Shown piece after piece: positions 57,361-64,000 of a stretch of DNA of 64,000 nt. The notes under the pieces are model-generated. The model did not search any database and had not been told where the DNA came from. It was given only the letters and a program-made list of their open reading frames with translations. Origin of the DNA: an uncultured delta proteobacterium. Its GTDB lineage: Bacteria; Myxococcota_A; Polyangia; Fen-1088. The position numbers were made by a program, and so were the translations under genes. The DNA lies in NCBI GenBank assembly GCA_963796685.1, contig CAWCMR010000025.1, forward strand, positions 1,344,001 to 1,408,000, in the 5' to 3' direction. Position 1 is the stretch's first letter; every line of letters begins with the position of its first letter.

Positions 57361-58309
57361 TCACTGCATGGGCGGGGCGGCCCGCATGCCGGCGTCGCGC
57401 AGCAGCTTCTGGTCGGCGTCGATGTCGGGGTTGCCGGTGACCAGGAGCTTCTCGCCGAAGAAAAACGAGTTGGCCCCGGCCATGAAACACAGCACCTGGG
57501 CCTCGCGCGAAAGCGCGGTGCGGCCGGCCGACAGACGTACCTGCGACCTCGGCATCACGATGCGCGCGGTGGCGATCATGCGCACCATTTCGAGCGGCTC
57601 CACGGGGGGCTGGTCCTGCAAGGGCGTGCCCTTGACGGGAACCAACCCGTTGATGGGCACGCTCTCGGGCGGCGGTTCCAGATTGGCCAGCGTGACCAGC
57701 ATGGCGCAGCGGTCGTCTATGGATTCGCCCATGCCGATGATGCCGCCGCTACACACCTTCATGCCCGCTTTGCGTACGCGCGCGAGGGTGGCCAGGCGAT
57801 CGTCGTAGGTTCGCGTCTTGATGATGTTTCCGTAGAACTCGCGCGAGGTATCGACGTTGTGGTTGTAGACGGTGAGGCCCGCCTCGGCCAGCCGTCGGGC
57901 TTGCTCGTCGCTGAGCATGCCGAGCGTGATGCATGCCTCCAGGCCCAGGCCGCGCACGGCGCGCACCATGGCCAGGATGTTTTCGAAGGCTTCGCCGTCA
58001 TGTGGGCTTCGCCCTGCGCTGCCCATGCAGAAGCGGGTGGCGCCCGCGGCCTGGGCGCGCGTGGCTGCCGCGACAACATCGGTTACGGACATCTGACGTT
58101 CGCGCTGCACGCCGGTGTCGTAGTGGCTCGACTGCGGGCAGTAAGAGCAGTCCTCGGGGCAACCGCCCGTCTTGACCGACAACAGCGAGCACAGGCTGGA
58201 CCTCGTTCGGGCGATGGTGCTCGCGGTGTACCTGCTGCGCGCGGAAGAGGAGCTCTGGAAGCGGGAGATCGTGGATCGCCCGCACGTCGGAAAGGGTGTA
58301 TTTGGGCAC
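57361..58309 (-). CDS. bioB: Biotin synthase, apparent +1 frameshift at ~58196
   Basis: [15 protein letters not shown], then [49 protein letters not shown]. Confidence 0.93.
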
Positions 58310-58319
58310 GGCCCTTGTC

Positions 58320-59439
58320 TTAGTTGATTTTTCGTAGCACGACCAGGACGCGTAAGGTCAGACCAATGGCCTCGACCACGTCCTTGGCGTCCCTGGGCGT
58401 CTTGGCCGAAGCCCGGGCCGGGGTACGGGAGATCGCGCTGTCGCCCTTGACCGGCATGCCGGGATACCACAGTCCGTCCTTGGCCTGGCGCGAGCGCAGG
58501 TAGGCCTCGGCCGTGCGCACGCCCGAGTTTTCCTTGCCGAGTCCGATGCTGGTGATGGTGTCGAGGGCGTCGAGGACGTCGGTGTAGAAACGCGGCTCGG
58601 TCAGGACTTCCCAGAACGATGGAGCCTTGCGGTCCTCGTAGCGATCAGGCTGCAGGAAGCGCGTGGCGAGAAGCTCGGCGGCCCGACGTGCCTCGCGCGA
58701 GCCGCGTCGAATCCTTCGACGAGGCGAAGGCACGCAACACCATGCCCGTGATGAGGTGGCTCGACGGGCGCGCGGCCGAATCGGTGCGCACGCCCCGCCA
58801 GGCCCAGCCGCCGTCGTCTTGGCGCAAGGACAGAAGGAAGCGAAATCCCTTTTCGACGCGTGCATCGGCCTCGAAACCCGCGCGACAGAGAGCCGACAGC
58901 GCCCAGCCTTGGAAATGCACGGCCACGACCTTGCCGCGCCCCTTGGGGGGTTCGGCCAGGTTCAAATCGCCGATCCCGCCATCGCTGTCCTGCGAGGCCA
59001 GGATGAAATCCGCGATCTTGTTCAGCTGCTGGGCGATGGCGCCCTTGCCCTCGACGCGCAGGCCATAGTCGGTCAGGCGATCCAGGGCGCGCAGCGTGGC
59101 CAGGCACTTGACGAACTTCGCCCCGCCCAGCTCCTTGTCGCTCGCACGCGGAGCGAAGCTGCCGTCCTTCTCCACTTTGCGCAACAGCGCCTTGACTTCG
59201 GGGTAGCCCGCGATCTCGTCGGCGTCCGGGGCTTCGCTGTCATCGATGAGATCCCGACGCACGCGGGCGAGCACGCTGGGCGCACCTTCTCGCAGAAGTC
59301 GCGGGATGGGATCGCTGGCCAGCCGGGCACGCCAGCCAGAAAGCGCCCGCGGTGGGGGTTGGGCGGGGGGCGCCGATGGCGCAAACAGACTCGGGCGGTT
59401 CATATCAGCTGCCAAGATAGACGCATTATATAGACTCAA
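58320..59439 (-). CDS. Prenyltransferase/squalene-cyclase-like alpha-barrel protein, apparent +1 frameshift at ~58714
   Basis: QxxDG-type repeats [22 protein letters not shown]; start uncertain. Confidence 0.65.
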
Positions 59440-59629
59440 ATGCCTCGCGTCCGGAGTTCTTCGTTGCCGGATCGCCGAGGCGGCTTGGTCGAAACCGGAT
59501 TGACTCTGCCGACGAGGCCATATGACGCCAGGCGCTCATGGTAAGTCGGGGCCAACTTGGCCTGGAAAGCCAGAGGGATGGGCGGTACAACAGGGGACCG
59601 GCAATTACTTGTCTGGGTGGGGCCGAGCA

Positions 59630-60152
59630 ATGGACGATAGCGAAAGACCGCCAAAGAGAGACACCTTTCTCGCACTTCTTCAAGCAGGATGGGCCTCGTT
59701 GCACCTGGATGCTCGATGCTCTGGTGTGGTTGTGCCGGCACCATTTTCTTCGCAGGCTCATTTGGTGCTGCAGTACGGGCGGAACATGCCGATCCCGATA
59801 ACCGACCTCGAGGTTACCGAGGCAGGCGTCAGCGCCACCCTTTCGTTTTCGCGTGTTTCCCATCGCACCTACATCCCCTGGCACGCGGTTTATGCGGTGA
59901 CGTGCACCAACGGCTGCGGGGTTCTCTACCGCGAGGACATGCCCGCCGACGTGGCCCTGGCCACGCCCACCGACGTCGGAGCAGAGGAGCTGCAGTCTGC
60001 GGGGGCAGGAGCGCAAACAGTCCGCCTACGCCATGTGCGACGATGGGCCCGGGTTGCGGGCCGTGCCCGCGGAAGATGATCTCGCGGCGGGAGAGCTGGC
60101 CATCCACCTCCATTCCCGTCGCCGCCGTCCGCAGTTGCGGGTGGTCAAGTAA
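59630..60152 (+). CDS. sspB: SspB-like ClpXP adaptor, apparent +1 frameshift near 60000-60045
   Basis: LHLDAR..GVVVP, LVLQYG..PIPITDL, ATLSFS, IPWHAVYA; ClpX-binding-type tail RPQLRVVK* in the next frame. Confidence 0.8.
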
Positions 60153-60155
60153 AGC

Positions 60156-61938
60156 TCACGGCTCGCTCGTGTTCCGCGCGTCGCTCACCTGCACGGTGAT
60201 TTCCTGCCGTCCGGTGACTGGGTGCGCCCCCGGGAAGGCCGTGCGTTTGACGACGCGGAAGGAATCCGCGCGGCGGCTCTGGTTCACGGGCCTCAGGGTG
60301 TCCAAGGCCGATCCAGGTAGATCGCGAATCAAGTGGCCGCCCAGGGAGGCACCATCGTCACGGGTGGTGAGACTGACCACGAGGCTGGACGCGGGATAGT
60401 ACACGCGCAGGTTTTCGATGAAGCCGCGCAGATCCTCGGCTCGCGGCAACTCGGGTTTCGTCTGGGCACCACTCGCGACCTCGATCTTCATCGCCTTGCC
60501 CGCGAGCGCAGGGGGTACGTCGACCTCCAAGGTCCGGGTGTACTCGGCGCCGGCGTAGGGCCGCAAGGTCACGCGCAAGGGGAGGCGCCCGCCCGCTCGT
60601 ACCTTGCCGTCCGGCGCCGATAAGGCGACGAGCACGGCCCTGTCGGAACGAAACTCCACGCGCACGTTCACCTCGATCTTCTCAATCACGGCCGGGGCGA
60701 ACGGGTTGTCGAGCAGACTGGCCGAGAGCGTGCATGCCGTGCGACATCGCCAGGACCTTGGGAGCCAAGGTCTCGTCCGAGAAAAGACAATCGCGAAGCT
60801 CGATGGGTGAAAATCCGCGCACGTGAAAACGCGTGGTCACGTCGGCGACCATGTCGGTGACATCGAGAACCGCCTCGGAGAGCGCGGTGGAAACCGCCAT
60901 GGTGGCGAGCAGTGGCATGAGCCGACGGTGCCGCGCGATGGTCACGGCGAAGGTCGGCTTGCTTACGCCCTGGCTGGTTATCTTTACCAGTACCGGGACC
61001 GTGCCCGCGTGCCCACCGACGAACCCCACCACGCCATTCTTGGTATCGTCGGTGATGCTGCCGATTTCGGCGATGGGCGACGACATCTTGAGCGACGATG
61101 AAAGACTGGGAATGATGGCGTGAATCTCGCCGAGCACCATGGGCAGGTTCACGGCGCCGATGCCCATCATGGGATGGCCAAATGCGAGCACTTGCTTTCC
61201 CTCGGCGAAGGTCAGGGTTCCCATCGCGGTCGCGCTCATGTCCCCTTGCATAAGGGCGACGCCGACCGCGGCGCCCGGAATCAGGGCCTTGGGGGGTGGC
61301 GTCCCCGCGGGCTTTCCGCCCGTCCCCCCTGCGCGAACGGGGTGAAGGCCGAAGGGTTGCAATTCCTCCCCCAGGTAGGCGAGCGAGGCGTCCGAGGCCC
61401 CGGACACCGACAGAGGAATCGCCACCGCTTGCAAGCGCGTGCTGGTCGCGTCCGCGAGCCCCGGCGGTGCGGGCTCCCAGGACTCGGCCTGATAGGGATC
61501 GGACGGCGGACGATCCGGGCGATGGCGCTCGGCGAGCATGTATTCGATGGGCGTGACCCCGGCCAGTGGTTCCTTGGCGAATGACCAGCCGTAGGCGATG
61601 GCCCCCAGCAGCTTGCCATCGACGTACACCGGGCTACCACTCATGCCTGCGGCGATGCCGGTGAAAGCCAGGCGCGGATCCTCGGCACGAACCAGAATGA
61701 GGTCCTGCTTGGGCAGGAACTTGCGCAGGATGGAGACCACGCGGATCTTGAACGGCTCGGGCGTCGTGCCTTGGAACACGGTGCGCGCCTCGCCGACCAT
61801 GCCGGCCTTGACCTCGGACAGCGGGAGGATGGCGGATTGCGCGGTCGCTGTGGCTGGCGCGAGCGTGGAAGCGGCCAGCGCCGAAAGGCAGGGCACGAGG
61901 AAGGGATGCTTCACGATCGGCCAAGCGTAGGGACACAC
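60156..61938 (-). CDS. SpoIVB / peptidase S55 family secreted protein, apparent +1 frameshift at ~60718
   Basis: Signal peptide, EVKAGMVG..RTVFQG, GIAAGMSGSPVY, GTLT, AFGHP; start uncertain. Confidence 0.85.
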
Positions 61939-61990
61939 CCTTGCGCTGTCAAACCCGGTTACGTCACCCTAATCGCGCGATAGCCGCAGA

Positions 61991-62047
61991 AGGTCGTGGT
62001 CGTGGCTCGAGCCATCGACCAGGACCACGACGACGACCACCACCAGG
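61991..62047. repeat. GTCGTG/CACGAC imperfect palindromic repeat in a divergent intergenic region
   Basis: GGTCGTGGTCGTGGCTCGAGCCATCGACCAGGACCACGACGACGACC. Confidence 0.5.
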
Positions 62048-62115
62048 ATTCTTCAGGCCGGGGCCAACCTTCTCCTTGACGGGGGGCGACCTGGGGACAA
62101 GGATCCCACCGCCTC

Positions 62116-62778
62116 ATGGTCAATGCCGACGTCTTCGTTTCCGAGCTCGAATTCAAGAACCAGGAGTCCTTTCGCGGTCTGGTGGCCTCGGGCTACTTGC
62201 CAGCTCTGGCCGGCGACGGCGCCAGCGTGTCGGACATGCTGCGCCTCGAGACCAAATTCGCCATCGAGTTCATCGAGGCCGCCGCCATCTGGATCGCCGA
62301 TTCCGAATCGCTGGAGATGAAGATCCTGCTCGGCATCCAGTGTGGTGTTCACGCCAGGCAATACCAGAGGTTGCAGGATCGTCTCTCGGCCCTCGGGCTC
62401 GCGCCTGGGTCGTACGATCCGCGCCAGGGCGGCTATTCGAAGCTTTTCGCGTTCCTTCGCTCGCTGCAAACCAGCGAGGAGCGAGCGGCCACGGGCCTTC
62501 TGACCCTGGGCGGATCCGCGGTGGCCAGGCTGGGCGCGCTTGCCGCGGTTTGCGAAGAGAAGGGCGACGCGGACACCCGGGATCTGCTCGGAAACGAGCT
62601 GATCCCGGAGGAGCAACGTCGCACCGACGAGGGCCGAGACCGGTTGGTTCTGCTCGCCACCGCCGAGGACAGCCAGTCGCGTGCGCGCAGGGCCATCTAC
62701 AAGACCATCGAATTGCTCGGCGAGCTCTACGAGCCAGGAGCGCTCAAACGGGTGCTCGGCCGCGCGGCGCGCAAGTAA
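62116..62778 (+). CDS. Ferritin-like four-helix bundle protein
   Basis: Helical pattern with E..AA.W, HARQY..L..RL, IPEEQR; metal ligands look degenerate. Confidence 0.55.
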   Translation: MVNADVFVSELEFKNQESFRGLVASGYLPALAGDGASVSDMLRLETKFAIEFIEAAAIWIADSESLEMKILLGIQCGVHARQYQRLQDRLSALGLAPGSYDPRQGGYSKLFAFLRSLQTSEERAATGLLTLGGSAVARLGALAAVCEEKGDADTRDLLGNELIPEEQRRTDEGRDRLVLLATAEDSQSRARRAIYKTIELLGELYEPGALKRVLGRAARK

Positions 62779-62818
62779 GTCGCCGCTCAAAGATAACTTT
62801 AGCAGGCTCGCGGCCGAT

Positions 62819-63580
62819 TCATCCCGCGTCGAGGACGTCGCAGACCACGACGGTGATGTTATCGCGGCCGCCGCGCTCGTTGGCCAGCTCGATGAGTCGG
62901 TTGGCCACAGCCTCGCGCTCGCCCTTGAGCAGTCCATCGACCTCGCCATCGAGGAGATAGCCGTGCAGCCCGTCGGAGCAGAGCATGAACCGATCGCCGG
63001 CTTGGATTTCGAGATCGAGGGTGTCGACCTCGACGTAGTCTTGGTGCCCGACGGCGCGGGTAATGACGTTCTTGCCCGGCGAGTTGGCGGCCTCCTCGGC
63101 GGTGATGAGCCCCAGCTTCAGCCGGAAATTGACCAAGGTGTGGTCCTCGGTGAGCTGGGCCGTCTTGCCATCCCGGGTGAGGTACACGCGACTGTCGCCC
63201 ACTTGCGCGATGTAGGCGGTGCCCGCGCTGATGAGCAAGGACGACAGCGTGCTCGACATGCCCTTTTGCCGCGGGTCGAGCTGACCCATGCCGAAGACCA
63301 TGTAGCAGGCGGATTGCACGGCGCTTTCCAGCAGACGGCGGACCATCCCGGAATTCTCGGGCGATGGATCCGCCACATGGGCGGCGAGTGTCTTGCGCCA
63401 GCGTTTGACCCAGGAGTGCACCAACTCGACGGATTCCGCGCTGGCCACCTCGCCCTTGGCGTTTCCGCCCACGCCGTCCGCGACGATGTAGAGCCTGAGC
63501 TCGTCGTCGAATAGCATACTGTCTTCGTTGTGCGGCCGCCGTCGGCCGACATCCGACTTCCCTGACGAGAGAGTTCGCAT
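62819..63580 (-). CDS. PP2C-type Ser/Thr protein phosphatase
   Basis: DVGRRR.HNED, VADGVGG, GMSST, VGDSR, TEDH, ITRAVG, LCSDGL, GGRDNIT. Confidence 0.95.
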   Translation of the reverse strand: MRTLSSGKSDVGRRRPHNEDSMLFDDELRLYIVADGVGGNAKGEVASAESVELVHSWVKRWRKTLAAHVADPSPENSGMVRRLLESAVQSACYMVFGMGQLDPRQKGMSSTLSSLLISAGTAYIAQVGDSRVYLTRDGKTAQLTEDHTLVNFRLKLGLITAEEAANSPGKNVITRAVGHQDYVEVDTLDLEIQAGDRFMLCSDGLHGYLLDGEVDGLLKGEREAVANRLIELANERGGRDNITVVVCDVLDAG

Positions 63581-63670
63581 GCGAATCGATTCATGGTACT
63601 ACGAAACCTCTGCCCCGGCACCGGGGAACAAGGTTCTTTTGACCCGACAACGTGCTAAAATGAGGATCTG

Positions 63671-64000
63671 ATGCCTGTCGAGGGAAAGGAGGCGGGATTT
63701 CCCTCGCAGTTCGGGCGCTATACCTTGGTTCAGCGCCTCGCGACTGGAGGGATGGCCGAGGTCTTCAAAGCGAAGATCCTCTCGACCCACGGGTTCGAGA
63801 AGCTGCTCGTCATCAAGCGCATCCTGCCCAATTTGGCGGCTGACAAGACCTTCGTGTCGATGTTCATCGATGAGGCCAAGCTCACCGCGCAGCTCATCCA
63901 TCCGAAGATCGTCCAGGTCACGGATTTCGGCGAGGAAGGTGGGCAATATTTCATCGCGCTCGAATTCGTGGACGGCTTCGATGGTCTGGCCTTGTTGCGT
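63671..64000 (+). CDS. Hanks-type Ser/Thr protein kinase, runs off the window end
   Basis: Translated by hand (not in the ORF track): [21 protein letters not shown]...VIKRILP...FIDEAKL...[11 protein letters not shown]. Confidence 0.92.
   Translation, partial: MPVEGKEAGFPSQFGRYTLVQRLATGGMAEVFKAKILSTHGFEKLLVIKRILPNLAADKTFVSMFIDEAKLTAQLIHPKIVQVTDFGEEGGQYFIALEFVDGFDGLALLR

Noticed and set aside
60818-60830. Second parS (CACGTGAAA)
   Set aside because: Half-site only, inside a coding region.

Overview
High-GC bacterial chromosome segment, most likely Myxococcota/Polyangia-like (inferred from the pilB-pilT-pilC-pilS order, CdnL, several PilZ proteins and a PP2C/Ser-Thr kinase pair). It spans the replication origin: gyrB-recF-dnaN-[oriC]-dnaA on the minus strand, rpmH-rnpA-yidD-yidC-trmB on the plus strand, and a perfect parS about 8.6 kb from oriC. 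The rest is mostly housekeeping genes plus the SRP RNA. The most notable non-routine content: (1) a complete group IIC-like intron (37851-39927) inserted precisely behind the hairpin of a dispersed REP-like repeat, with two empty copies of the same target in this window; (2) several intergenic repeat/MITE families nested in one another; (3) a local G/C strand asymmetry that flips at parS; (4) a Bacillus-like origin unwinding module; (5) a BioF-BioD fusion; (6) a HelD-like helicase where pilR is expected. Nine genes breaks are apparent +1 insertions, probably long-read errors. All calls come from reading motifs by eye; no database searches were run.
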